A stretch of 64,000 bases of DNA from a virus (taxonomy: Duplodnaviria > Caudoviricetes). The notes beneath the pieces were generated by a model, which had not been told where the DNA came from, ran no database searches, and worked only from the letters and a program-made list of their open reading frames with translations. How positions within the stretch are numbered: position 1 is the first letter of the stretch; the number at the start of each line of letters is the position of its first letter. Shown here piece after piece: positions 1 through 9,862 of the stretch. Made by a program: the position numbers and the translations under genes. Where the stretch lies: positions 1-64,000 of IMG/VR virus record IMGVR_UViG_3300037067_006130. One strand, 5' to 3'.

Positions 1-1186
1 GAGTTGTAAAACAAGCCAATGAACCGAGAATAAAAAGTTAAGAGCAAAATATAACTACGTTTTCTTTGGGATGGATAACGTGGAAGGTATGAGAATTCCT
101 ATCCAATCGGTAATTGCTAAATTGGACAACTCATACAATGACGTTCAATTTCTAATTAACAAGGAAGTTAAAAAACCATCAGGAAGTGCATTAGGCATTA
201 ACATGGGATTTATAGCTAAAGAAGCAGGAACCTATAAAGATGTAATGACCGAGCTTACCGATGATGGTACGATTAGGTATAATACCGCTTCTGAAGGGAA
301 TAAGTATAACATGGAGGGCAAATCAGAGCAAGCCCTTAGCGGTGTTAATGTTGGCGATAAGGGGAGAGTTCTTGATGTACTCCTTCGCCTAAAAATGGAT
401 ATAGAGAATTCTGTCGATAGAATTACTGGTATTACAAGAGGTCGGTCAGGTAACGAGTACGCAACGACTACGGCTACAACCTCAAACAATAATCTTGAGT
501 CATCCAGAACCGTTACCTACGATTTCTTTTACCAGTCAAAAATATACTTCGATGAGATAATGACTCGTCTTTGCGAGAAGGGTAAATTGAACATGATCGA
601 GAATAATCCCGATCTATTCGGTGGCATCTTCTCAGACGAAGAGTTTAACTTCATTCGGGCCACAAGCGATATTCCGTTGGAAAACTTTACCGCCTATATC
701 AATGATGGTCGTAAAGAGCTTCATATCATGGATAAGATTGAAGCGTTATTCCAAGGAGATATCAATAGCGGTCAATTAAGAAGTAAAGATGTTGCTAGAT
801 TCTATTTAGCAGATTCTTTATTCGAAGGTTTAAAAGTTCTTGATAAGGCTTGGTTAGAAATACAACAAGTATCTCAACAGAATAACCAGTCGAAAGAACA
901 GTTAATGCTTCAGCAAGAACAAGAGAGAACAAAACAGTTACAGGCAGAACGTGAAGATGCTCAACAGCATGATATGGATATGATTGACCGTCAAGGAGAG
1001 GTTGACCAAGAGAATATCCGTGTTGAGAAAACGCTAGATGCCGGAATACATAGTGAAAAGAATGCTGCTCAATCAGTCATAGCCGACAAAAAGGTAAATG
1101 CAGACTTAGTAAAGAGTGGCCAAGCAATGCAAGCAAAGAAAGATTCAGATGCCTCTAAAAAGGTAAAACCAAAAACTAAAAAATAG
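1..1186 (+). CDS. Portal protein, C-terminal part (gene begins upstream of window; apparent frameshift near nt 25-35)
   Basis: The frame of ORF 71-1186 is open from nt 23 (TENKKLRAKYNYVFFGMDNVEG) and ends in a Q/E-rich coiled-coil tail. It lies directly before the scaffold-like and capsid genes, the crAss-like portal position. Frame 3 (nt 3-38, VVKQANEPRIKS) looks like the upstream continuation. Confidence 0.75.
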
Positions 1187-1191
1187 TAATC

Positions 1192-2439
1192 ATGGCAGAC
1201 GATGGCAAAGGAAAAAATATTTTCCGTGGATTTTCAGATGACGACGAAGTAATCGTTAAGGATAACGAAGGTGCTGGTGTATCTGATGTAAATAAGGATA
1301 AGACTCCTAAGTTAAAGCTTGAAAAAACTGCTGACGAAATTGCTGCTGAAAAGCAGATTGCTGATAAGGCTGAAGCAGATAGACTTGAAGCAGAAAAGAA
1401 AAAAGCTGGCGAGAAAACCGCCGAACAGTTGGAAGAGGAAAGACTTGCTGAGAGAGCAGAGAAGTACAAAGGTAAAACTGAGGAAGAGATTGCTGTTATC
1501 GAAGAAAAGGAGAATGAGATATCTCTAGATCTAAAACTTGATGATGATATCGATGATGATAAAGATAAGGATAAGGACTTAAAACCTTTAAACTATCTTG
1601 ATACCGCCAAGGAGTTAGAGTTAACTCTTGAAGAGGATGAAAAAGAGTTAACAAAAGAAGCGTTCGTTGAAAGAGTTAAAGAGAAGATTGAATCATCGAA
1701 AGAGAAATTCAACTATCAACATATTCCAGAGGATGTACTTGATGTCGTGAAGTTCTTCGCAGAAGATGGAGGAACTACTGCAGATCTACTATCAGATCAC
1801 GACGTTGTACTTGCAGAAGTATACCTATCGATGGATTCCGAGTCCAAATTTCTCCGGTTCCAAAGCGACAAGTTAGAGAGAAATGGACTCGACAAAGAAT
1901 CCGCAGCCGCGAGAGCACAAGAATTGTGGGATCAAAAGCCCGAAAAGGAGCAGGCACAAGCCATTGCAGAGATTGATTCCCAAATCATTGCTTTCAAGAA
2001 TCAGGCGATAAAAGAAGTAGTTGGTAAACGTAAGGAAATTGTACAGAAACAGAAGGTTCAAGCAGAAGCGAAGGCCAAGGCCGAAAGAACCCGAATGGTC
2101 GATATTGTAAAAGGTATGACCGAGTTTATGGGAATGCAAATCCCCAAGGAGATCAATGACAAATTGGTTCGCAAGATAGAAAACGGTGACATCGACAAGG
2201 TGCTGAATAACGTAGCTGCGAAAGCTAGAGTTAATGCATTTATGATTGAGTTGTTTGGTAAACAGATTAACGAGACAAGCAAGAAGATCCTTAGTGATAC
2301 ATCAAGAGAGTCATACAACAAGGGAGTTCAAAAGCTCATCGAGAAAAATCACAACGTTAAACCGGAACGAAGAGAGAAGGGGCAACAGACCGAAAAGAAG
2401 GACAAGAAGTTCGACTTTAGCGGTATTGATAACGAATAA
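1192..2439 (+). CDS. Acidic coiled-coil protein between portal and MCP (crAss gene-77-like, putative scaffold)
   Basis: 415 aa with a very D/E/K-rich N-half; occupies the conserved position between portal and major capsid gene in crAss-like phages. Confidence 0.65.
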   Translation: MADDGKGKNIFRGFSDDDEVIVKDNEGAGVSDVNKDKTPKLKLEKTADEIAAEKQIADKAEADRLEAEKKKAGEKTAEQLEEERLAERAEKYKGKTEEEIAVIEEKENEISLDLKLDDDIDDDKDKDKDLKPLNYLDTAKELELTLEEDEKELTKEAFVERVKEKIESSKEKFNYQHIPEDVLDVVKFFAEDGGTTADLLSDHDVVLAEVYLSMDSESKFLRFQSDKLERNGLDKESAAARAQELWDQKPEKEQAQAIAEIDSQIIAFKNQAIKEVVGKRKEIVQKQKVQAEAKAKAERTRMVDIVKGMTEFMGMQIPKEINDKLVRKIENGDIDKVLNNVAAKARVNAFMIELFGKQINETSKKILSDTSRESYNKGVQKLIEKNHNVKPERREKGQQTEKKDKKFDFSGIDNE

Positions 2440-2450
2440 AAACCTTAAAA

Positions 2451-3968
2451 ATGAAAATTAAGATATACAATGGTCAGGTCGCCCCTGGTGATATTAATGA
2501 TTACCACTTGGTAACTAATCACCTAAAAGATCCTTCCCAAAACATTGACAAACTCATCATGTACGCTGAGAAGCGTTACTTAATGACTATGCTTGTTTCT
2601 GGTGCTATGGACAGTAAAATCGCCATGGCTGGTTATACTCCTAAAGGCAAGGATACCGTTGCTACCACAATCAAACCTATCCCACAAGGGGATATGATTA
2701 GTGACAACGCTTTCACCTATCGCATCATGCCACGTATGCAACGTTCGATGGAAGTAATTTCCATTAGCGGTACTGCTACTACTGGTAGTCAGATTGAAGG
2801 TGGTTGGTTCTCATTGATTTGTCGTGGTGAAGCAGGTGTTCCTGTAATTACCCATCAAATGAACGTTCAGTTCAGAAACGACAAGATTGCTCGTGTTATG
2901 GCTGTTCCTTCAAAGATTGGTGAAAATCAATTCCTATACAGATTCCAATGTTATCCCGGTGATACATTCGACTTCAACTCATGGGTTGGTACACAACCTG
3001 GTCAGAAAACCATTTTTGGTGGACATACAACCGTTGGTGAGCGTTCACGTAGAGGTTATGGTTACTTCACATATCCTGACAAATACATTCAACACACTAC
3101 CAAACAAAGGAAATCATTCTCTATTTCTGGTGATGCAGAAACTCAGAATGTTGTATGGTACGAATTGGATGGTCAGAAAGGTTTCTCTTTCGAAGCTGAG
3201 AAACAACTAAGAACCCAACTTCTTCTTGAAGATGAGGATCAAAAGTGGAATGGTCGTTCAACCATGAGAGATCAGTATGGCAACCTTCTTTCAACACCAT
3301 CTATGTACGATGAGAACAACCAACCTATCGTGGCTGGTGATGGTCTTATCGCACAGATTGAAGGTGCGAATGATGCATACTCTTCAGGAGTTGGTGGAAA
3401 ACCTACCTATGATGACTTCGTTGACATGGTACGTAGATTGAAAAAGAAACGTGACTATGAAGGAACTTACCCATTCTTCGCTGTTACTGGTTCATTAGGT
3501 ATTCAGTGGGCAGAGGAAATCATTGGTACTCAAGCAAAAGATTTTGGTATCTCTTACGTTGTTAACCAAACCGATAAGATTGGTGGGGCTGACGTTGCAG
3601 TAGGTTTCAAATTCCGTCAACTAAACGTTGCAGGTGAAACTCTAATCTTCGTTGAGAATCCAGCATTCGATGATGGTGAGCGTTATCCACACAAAACATC
3701 TTATGGTTATGATCTAAAATCAGGTTCTTACCTATTCTTAGATAACAGACCATTGGATAGTGGTAAAAACAACATGGAGATTCTAACCAGAGGTCGTGCA
3801 GGTATCAACCGTAACCTTGTTTACATGTGGGAAAATGGTATGACAGGCAGTACTCAGAAAGCTGATACTCCTATCGATGCTAACACATTCCACTTGTTCA
3901 AAGAGAACGCTATGGTTGTTTACGACACAGCAACCTTTGGTCGTTTGATGATTGATCAGAGTGCATAA
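2451..3968 (+). CDS. Major capsid protein (crAss-like)
   Basis: 505 aa with strongly biased codon usage. Motifs (RTTKQRKSFSISGDA-like HTTKQRKSFSISGDA, GDGLIAQIEG) resemble crAss-like MCPs. Followed by a strong terminator. Confidence 0.85.
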   Translation: MKIKIYNGQVAPGDINDYHLVTNHLKDPSQNIDKLIMYAEKRYLMTMLVSGAMDSKIAMAGYTPKGKDTVATTIKPIPQGDMISDNAFTYRIMPRMQRSMEVISISGTATTGSQIEGGWFSLICRGEAGVPVITHQMNVQFRNDKIARVMAVPSKIGENQFLYRFQCYPGDTFDFNSWVGTQPGQKTIFGGHTTVGERSRRGYGYFTYPDKYIQHTTKQRKSFSISGDAETQNVVWYELDGQKGFSFEAEKQLRTQLLLEDEDQKWNGRSTMRDQYGNLLSTPSMYDENNQPIVAGDGLIAQIEGANDAYSSGVGGKPTYDDFVDMVRRLKKKRDYEGTYPFFAVTGSLGIQWAEEIIGTQAKDFGISYVVNQTDKIGGADVAVGFKFRQLNVAGETLIFVENPAFDDGERYPHKTSYGYDLKSGSYLFLDNRPLDSGKNNMEILTRGRAGINRNLVYMWENGMTGSTQKADTPIDANTFHLFKENAMVVYDTATFGRLMIDQSA

Positions 3969-3972
3969 TAAT

Positions 3973-4006
3973 AAAAGCGGGGAAGAGAAATCTTCCCTGC
4001 TCTTTT
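3973..4006 (+). terminator. Rho-independent terminator after MCP
   Basis: Stem gcggggaaga (3977-3986) / tcttccctgc (3991-4000), GAAA tetraloop, followed by tctttt. Confidence 0.85.
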
Positions 4007-4030
4007 ACCCTTAAATTAAAATAACGAATC

Positions 4031-5008
4031 ATGAAAAATACGATTAGTCTTGAAGAAAGAGAATGGATAGCGGCAAACGCTTTTAAAGAGGTTGGTAATG
4101 AATCTCGTAAATTTAAAGTTGTTGACCTTGAAAAGCTAAAGAAACATTTCAAGGAAGAAAGGTACAAGACAGGTCTTGCTCCTACCATTTCCATCCTACC
4201 TATTCATGAGGACATGAAAAAGGATAGGAATTACACATTTTCAGTATTTAACGATAGGCAGTTTGGAATTCTTCACGGAATCTTTATTGGCCTTGATAAA
4301 AACGGTGAACCCAAATTTAAGAGAATGGATATCAGAGGTAGTCAAGATTTTGACTTTACTCGTCCTGACGATTTAGAATTCTGGTTAATCGCACGTTGGC
4401 ACCCTCAACTAAAAGGTTCGCCAAACGAAAGTGCACCATACTACAAAGTCTATGATGCTACAGAGGATATCCTTCGAAGTACCGATAAGATGGATTCAAT
4501 TCTTACTGCAGCAGCAAGAATTAAAGCAATGAAGCTAAAACAAAAGATCTACTTCCTGAGATACCTTCAGATCGTAGTTCAGAACACATATACCGAATCC
4601 ATCATTGATGGACTTCTATTCCAGTTTGCACAGAACAGTCCTTCGACGTTCAACGAAAGATATAGTTCTAGCCAACGTTCCATTTACGAAATATTCTATA
4701 CCGCTATTACGCTTGGTATCATCCAGCATATTCCTGATCAAGGTTATCGTTTTGAAAACTTTAAGTTAGGTGCTGTTGAATTCGACGTAATTGCTGCTCT
4801 TAACAAGGATAAGGTTGTTCTTGCATCTGTACTCGACAAGGTGGCCAAGATGGACCTTGCGGTAAGTGATATCGAGAATCGTACCAAACGCCTGCAGGAA
4901 GTTCAAGAAACTTCTAAGCAGAATGAGAATAAAGAGGTTGTTAACGTACTCACCGACGAGGAACTTGTCGAGGAAAACGCACAGCAACCAAAAGAAAACT
5001 GGGAATAA
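4031..5008 (+). CDS. Conserved crAss-like protein after MCP (gene-75-like)
   Basis: 325-aa ORF; assigned by synteny with the crAss capsid block. Confidence 0.55.
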   Translation: MKNTISLEEREWIAANAFKEVGNESRKFKVVDLEKLKKHFKEERYKTGLAPTISILPIHEDMKKDRNYTFSVFNDRQFGILHGIFIGLDKNGEPKFKRMDIRGSQDFDFTRPDDLEFWLIARWHPQLKGSPNESAPYYKVYDATEDILRSTDKMDSILTAAARIKAMKLKQKIYFLRYLQIVVQNTYTESIIDGLLFQFAQNSPSTFNERYSSSQRSIYEIFYTAITLGIIQHIPDQGYRFENFKLGAVEFDVIAALNKDKVVLASVLDKVAKMDLAVSDIENRTKRLQEVQETSKQNENKEVVNVLTDEELVEENAQQPKENWE

Positions 5009-5018
5009 CTAGACTACT

Positions 5019-5834
5019 ATGGCTAAGAATATTGTTCATCTGCACGAGCGCGTTAAGTTTTGGTTAGACATAACCAGGACTCCACGATTCAAAACGAATA
5101 CCATTGACAATGCGATCAACATTGCGGTGAACGATATTCTTATTAACCGTTTTAAACCATCTATTGAGGCTGATACGCAGCAAAAGAATCTTGAACTAAA
5201 AGGATTTCAACGTTCCAATCAGCTCAGGGATGAGTTAAAACCATTGGTAAAGGTTACCTCAGCAATCTCTCCATCAACAAACGTTCTTGTCAATGCAGAT
5301 CTTCCTGCAGATTATGGGTATCATACCCTATTCGAATGGACACTAACAAATGGAATGATAATCTATTCTACTCCGATTACTCAAGAGAAGTTAGATATTA
5401 TTCAGAAAGATCCGTATAAGCGGTTAAAGGATGGTGAGGCCATAAAGATTTACCATATCGAGCAATCAGATGGGTTTAGGTTCATATCTTCTTCATGGGG
5501 CAAGTCAAGAGCAGGTGCAACAATAACAGGAACAGTAAAGGTATATTACCTTGCTAAACCAACAGATGTATTCTATGGATTTGAAAAATTACTTTCGGCT
5601 GTTGGGGTTGGCGTTACAGCAATCGTTACGCAAGAAACGGCAACGATTCTTGCAACGGATAAAAAAATAGGAGATGAAATTCCATACAATGCGGGTAACT
5701 CTACGAATACTTGTAAAGTGGTTACCGGGTATATAAATTTAGCATTGCCCGAAATTTTATTCGACGAGGTTGCGAAACTTGCAGCGAATCATTTGATTAG
5801 TATAGTATCAAGAACAGCACAGATTAGTCAGTAA
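5019..5834 (+). CDS. Head-tail connector / ring protein (crAss gene-74-like)
   Basis: N-terminal IDNAINIA...GFQRSNQLRDELKPLVK pattern resembles crAss ring proteins; synteny. Confidence 0.6.
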   Translation: MAKNIVHLHERVKFWLDITRTPRFKTNTIDNAINIAVNDILINRFKPSIEADTQQKNLELKGFQRSNQLRDELKPLVKVTSAISPSTNVLVNADLPADYGYHTLFEWTLTNGMIIYSTPITQEKLDIIQKDPYKRLKDGEAIKIYHIEQSDGFRFISSSWGKSRAGATITGTVKVYYLAKPTDVFYGFEKLLSAVGVGVTAIVTQETATILATDKKIGDEIPYNAGNSTNTCKVVTGYINLALPEILFDEVAKLAANHLISIVSRTAQISQ

Positions 5835-5902
5835 TTAAAAATATTGTGTAATTTTACACAACAAGGGGATAATCCCATAACAACAATCAAATCAATTAAA
5901 TT

Positions 5903-6991
5903 ATGCAACCAGAAGCAAGATTAAAGAAAGGATTGATCAATTCAACTTCCGATCTTTCGTCTAGTCACAACAAGACCGATATTCCTGGTTTCGTGGTGAT
6001 TAAAGACGAGAATGGCAATAACGCCATTCCTCCAATTCCTTTAGGTGCTGTCTACGCTGTTGATAAAAAAGCGTCACAGATCGAGAAGGTCCAGATTGTA
6101 ACCATTGGTATACAAACTGAAGTTCCTGTAACAGGTGCTCGTTATACTGTAGGTATCGAATCACCAAAGGATAGAACCTCTGAGTCAGGTACTCGTAACC
6201 GTAAGGTATTTGCATACCAATTTGGTACTGCAGGTACAGCCGCTACTGACCGCACTACCCTCTACACCGCGCTGAAAGCAAAAATCAACGCTTACGTTCC
6301 TTCGTATACCAAAGCTGAGCTTTGCGATCTTGCTACCGTAACTGGTGATACAGGTATTACAGGTTTGGTTACTGGCGATAGAATTGGACAAGGTACTCTT
6401 GGTGCTACTTGGAAAGGTATTGTTGCGTATTGCGCTGCTCTTACCGCTACAACTAGTCAGGAAATTCTTTGCTATACCCTATCAGGAACTCTTACTGCAG
6501 CAACCATTATTAATAAGCTTACCGTTAATGATACTGTTGATACTGCAATGACAACTGCTGCTGTTGCTCTAACTGCAGGTCAAGGTTTGGTTGTTTATGA
6601 TCAGGCTGGTTACTTCTCATGGAAAGATAAACTAGGTCGCTCAGGCGCACCATTTGTTTATTCAAGTCCAACCTTCCTAAAGAATAGACCACTGCTTATC
6701 CAAGCATACCAATCATCTTTAGGTATTGGTTTAGAAATGTTAACCATGTCACCTGATTTCGATCTAACTAGACAGAACGTTGATGCTGGAAATATCCAAG
6801 CTCAGTTTACTCAACTTCCTGTTTCAGGATACACATATACCCAGTACATCATTCGTTATATGGGTAAATCGGCTCCTAACGCAATAGATGGTTCTGTTTC
6901 TATGATTCCATTGGAAGCAAACATTTTCTGTAGGGAGGCTGTAAACAGTACTTATAATACCAAGTTGACTACTCTATCTAACTACGTATAA
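5903..6991 (+). CDS. Putative auxiliary capsid / abundant structural protein
   Basis: 362 aa, T/A/G-rich, high-expression codon usage, flanked by an upstream palindrome and a downstream terminator. Confidence 0.5.
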   Translation: MQPEARLKKGLINSTSDLSSSHNKTDIPGFVVIKDENGNNAIPPIPLGAVYAVDKKASQIEKVQIVTIGIQTEVPVTGARYTVGIESPKDRTSESGTRNRKVFAYQFGTAGTAATDRTTLYTALKAKINAYVPSYTKAELCDLATVTGDTGITGLVTGDRIGQGTLGATWKGIVAYCAALTATTSQEILCYTLSGTLTAATIINKLTVNDTVDTAMTTAAVALTAGQGLVVYDQAGYFSWKDKLGRSGAPFVYSSPTFLKNRPLLIQAYQSSLGIGLEMLTMSPDFDLTRQNVDAGNIQAQFTQLPVSGYTYTQYIIRYMGKSAPNAIDGSVSMIPLEANIFCREAVNSTYNTKLTTLSNYV

Positions 6992-7010
6992 TAGTTAATC
7001 ATTCTGCTAT

Positions 7011-7056
7011 GGGAGAGGATACGCTAATGCTTAAAACATTAACTATCCTCTCTTTT
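7011..7056 (+). terminator. Extended hairpin / terminator after 5903-6991
   Basis: Outer stem gagaggata (7013-7021) / tatcctctc (7044-7052), inner stem taatg/catta, then tttt. Confidence 0.65.
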
Positions 7057-7075
7057 GCCTTTAAAACCAACAAAA

Positions 7076-7492
7076 ATGACACCGGAGGAAGATAAAGTGA
7101 TTAGCCTACAATTCGATAATATTCTTGATGCAATAAAGAATCAGGCTGCGCAACAAGAGCTGAAAGACAAGAATATTATGCTTAAACTTGAGAACCTATC
7201 TCGTCAAGTTCAAGCGAACATGGAATTGATTACTATGGTTACGGATAGAGATAGAAAAGATCTACTTAAAACATTACACAATACAGAGATAACAAATGGT
7301 CGGGTTACCAAGTTAGAAACGACTAGAAATGACCATATTGTTAACTGTCCACGTATTCCTGAGATTAAAGAGATTAACAAGGCTATTGAAGATGTTACCT
7401 TTTGGTCTAGGCATCCAAACCTATTTATTGCGGTTGTGGCTGTATGCGTGATTATAAGTATAATCGGATTCATAAATTCAATCCCCAAATGA
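7076..7492 (+). CDS. Coiled-coil protein with one C-terminal TM helix (holin/antiholin-like membrane protein)
   Basis: ATG at 7076 preferred over TTG 7055, which lies inside the terminator. C-terminal hydrophobic segment LFIAVVAVCVIISIIGFI. Confidence 0.5.
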   Translation: MTPEEDKVISLQFDNILDAIKNQAAQQELKDKNIMLKLENLSRQVQANMELITMVTDRDRKDLLKTLHNTEITNGRVTKLETTRNDHIVNCPRIPEIKEINKAIEDVTFWSRHPNLFIAVVAVCVIISIIGFINSIPK

Positions 7493-8133
7493 TAAGTAAA
7501 AATAATGTTATCATAATCCTTGGCGTTCTTCTGATTGGAATCATCTTCGGAGGAATTGCTTGGATTGATAATTTATACAATCGTGCTGAAAAAGCAGAAA
7601 GCAACCTGGCTATCAACCAAAGCCAATGGAAAGACGAAAAGGGAAGATTAGTAAGTGAGATAGAACAGGGTACTGTTTCTATTAAGAACATGAAGAATAT
7701 CTTTCAGAAGGATAGTTCAAAACTTTCAACAGACTACGAAAAACGTATATACGGTTTGAAACGCGATCTCAATGCGCTTGGGATAAAGTATAAAAATCTT
7801 CTCGAGGCGACTGGTGGAACAATGACCGTTAGAGATACGTTTATAACCAAATTCATAAAGAAGGACACCACGTTCACTGCAAATCATAATGATGGATTCC
7901 TTAACCAAAATTTCACCTTGCTACGTGATTTTACAATGCAAAGTGATTATACCTATAAAGATGAAATTAAAGTGTTTAGTATTCGCAAACCTAGACCAAA
8001 AGATAACGGAAAGAAGCATTGGCCAAACTGGGGTAATCTTCCATGGGTAGGATGGGATTGCAATACGTTAATACTATCAAATAATCCAAAGGCTAGCTAT
8101 ACCGGTGTTTACTCATTAAAAACTGAACGATGA
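7489..8133 (+). CDS. N-terminally anchored DUF6549-like protein (possible spanin-like)
   Basis: ATG 7489 overlaps the previous stop (ATGA). N-terminal TM IIILGVLLIGIIFGGIAWI, then coiled coil and a C-terminal W-rich motif ending SNNPKASY, resembling Bacteroidota phage DUF6549 proteins. Confidence 0.5.
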   Translation: MISKNNVIIILGVLLIGIIFGGIAWIDNLYNRAEKAESNLAINQSQWKDEKGRLVSEIEQGTVSIKNMKNIFQKDSSKLSTDYEKRIYGLKRDLNALGIKYKNLLEATGGTMTVRDTFITKFIKKDTTFTANHNDGFLNQNFTLLRDFTMQSDYTYKDEIKVFSIRKPRPKDNGKKHWPNWGNLPWVGWDCNTLILSNNPKASYTGVYSLKTER

Positions 8134-8825
8134 ATACGTTAGAATCAACCGCTTATGACATTAGGCATCTTTTAAGTAAGCTTAATTATACTGACGAGAT
8201 TGAGGATGAACATCTCTACGATAAGATAGTGCACTATCTCGAGGTGATGAAGAAATTGATCTACGAAAAATCAAAGACAATAGATCCAGCATGGATAGTT
8301 AATCTTGGTCGTGTTGAATGTGAAAAATCCAATAGCGGGGATGATATAAATGTTCCGAATGGAAGCGTAGTGTTCTCGAAGTATACTATTCCACAACCAG
8401 TACAGTTTGGCAAGAATCCTTTTGTAAGGGTTTCTAACGGACTGAGAACAATCGAATTCACCAAGGTTGATTCGTTTGACTTGTTTTATCAGATATATAA
8501 TGGAGATAAGGAGTTACTAGAACGTAATCCTGTCTACGTACTAATTGGTAATACAATCTATGCGTATCCGTTCAAACTTGGACTATCAGTTATGCTTGTT
8601 CCAAGTGATCCTAGGCAGTGTTACATTAGAAGAGCACTTACACCACCATACGGAGAAAAGACTCCTTATACAGCAACAGAACTACGAAAATTCACCATAT
8701 GGGATGAACTTCCAGCAAGTGGTGATATGATTCAAATGGTCGTAGATCAAATCATAACAAAAGACTTTGCTCAGAATAGACAGGATAAAGTAGATGAAAC
8801 CCAAGATGGAACTGCGGAAAACTAA
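8130..8825 (+). CDS. Tail ring protein (crAss gene-73-like)
   Basis: Pattern LGRVECEK...KYTIPQP...YVLIGNTIY...LMLVPSDP-like motif and C-terminal D(K)xD motif fit crAss ring proteins; ATGA-coupled. Confidence 0.6.
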   Translation: MNTLESTAYDIRHLLSKLNYTDEIEDEHLYDKIVHYLEVMKKLIYEKSKTIDPAWIVNLGRVECEKSNSGDDINVPNGSVVFSKYTIPQPVQFGKNPFVRVSNGLRTIEFTKVDSFDLFYQIYNGDKELLERNPVYVLIGNTIYAYPFKLGLSVMLVPSDPRQCYIRRALTPPYGEKTPYTATELRKFTIWDELPASGDMIQMVVDQIITKDFAQNRQDKVDETQDGTAEN

Positions 8826-9222
8826 CGTTTTGGATAATGAGCCGATAGGTGAGTACCTTCAAGGTAGAGTTGTTAGAAAATACAACAAAAAAGTTTCTGT
8901 TGACATTATTAACAACTTGCTTGAAAAATACTTTGAGGAAGTTGTTGACCATGTTCTAGAAAATGGTACTTTTACCTACAGAAATATGAGTGTAGGAATT
9001 CATAAAGTTGAAACAGTCCTAGTAGAGAAGAAGTTAAGACAGTATTACATCATTCCTGCATATGGTTCAGCTTACTCGTACACGATAAGGATTTCGTTTA
9101 AAGACAAGTTAAAAGGGGTTTACTTTCTGAAACCAGAAAGAAAGTTACTGAAGAAGTTAGAGGATAGACTTAACACTTCACCCGATTTTAAAATAAGAAT
9201 ATATGCCAAAAAAACTGCTTGA
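8794..9222 (+). CDS. IHF/HU-like protein of the crAss tail module
   Basis: Basic 142 aa with the helix-strand pattern VSVDIINNLLEKYFEEVVDHVLENGTFTYRNMSVGI; conserved location in crAss-like phages. Confidence 0.55.
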   Translation: MKPKMELRKTNVLDNEPIGEYLQGRVVRKYNKKVSVDIINNLLEKYFEEVVDHVLENGTFTYRNMSVGIHKVETVLVEKKLRQYYIIPAYGSAYSYTIRISFKDKLKGVYFLKPERKLLKKLEDRLNTSPDFKIRIYAKKTA

Positions 9223-9862
9223 ATCGGCCTTTATCGATATACTGAATATCCCTGCAGAAGAATTTCAACAACAGAAATACTTCTTTTACCGTTGGGCCGT
9301 ATACATCGAGAAGGAAATTGGTCTTAATAGAGGGAAACAGGTTGTATCCCTAATCACCTTCGAGGATATGAAAGCCTTGTTGCCAGAATTAACAATTCGT
9401 GTTAAAGCGATTTACTCAGGAAATTTATTCTCATTGAACGAGAGTGAAGTGAAAGACTTCTCTTTCTATAAAAATATCTCTGCAGTAGAACTGGTATCAC
9501 TTAGATTTGCAGAACAGGATAACGTAATCGTTATTGCCAGGAATGAAACAACTTGTACCATCGTTTACGAAACACTTGATGTAAACGAGTTCAACCAACC
9601 AATCGTAGAAGAATCACATATTCCCGCCATCCAATCCTATATCAAGTATAGAATCGTTGAACAGGCAAGACTACTTTCTGCTTTACGTGAAGGTGGTAAT
9701 TACTACCAACTTCGTAATGAGGCGAAAGAGCAGGAACGTGATTATAGCGTTGCCATCATTAACGCAAGAGCATTGGAACAATTCAAAGAAGCCGAAAAGG
9801 TTACTGAATCTAACGATTTAATAATAACCGAATCCGATGGTGACTTCGACTTTTCCAAGTAA
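9203..9862 (+). CDS. Tail tubular / ring protein (Ttub-like)
   Basis: 219 aa immediately before the large tail stabilisation gene; QPIVEESHIPAIQSYIKY motif. Confidence 0.55.
   Translation: MPKKLLESAFIDILNIPAEEFQQQKYFFYRWAVYIEKEIGLNRGKQVVSLITFEDMKALLPELTIRVKAIYSGNLFSLNESEVKDFSFYKNISAVELVSLRFAEQDNVIVIARNETTCTIVYETLDVNEFNQPIVEESHIPAIQSYIKYRIVEQARLLSALREGGNYYQLRNEAKEQERDYSVAIINARALEQFKEAEKVTESNDLIITESDGDFDFSK

Noticed and set aside
7055-7075. TTG start at 7055
   Set aside because: It lies within the terminator U-tract; ATG 7076 after an A-rich leader fits better.
8794-9222. IHF-like gene within the tail module as a novelty
   Set aside because: This is an established conserved feature of crAss-like phages.
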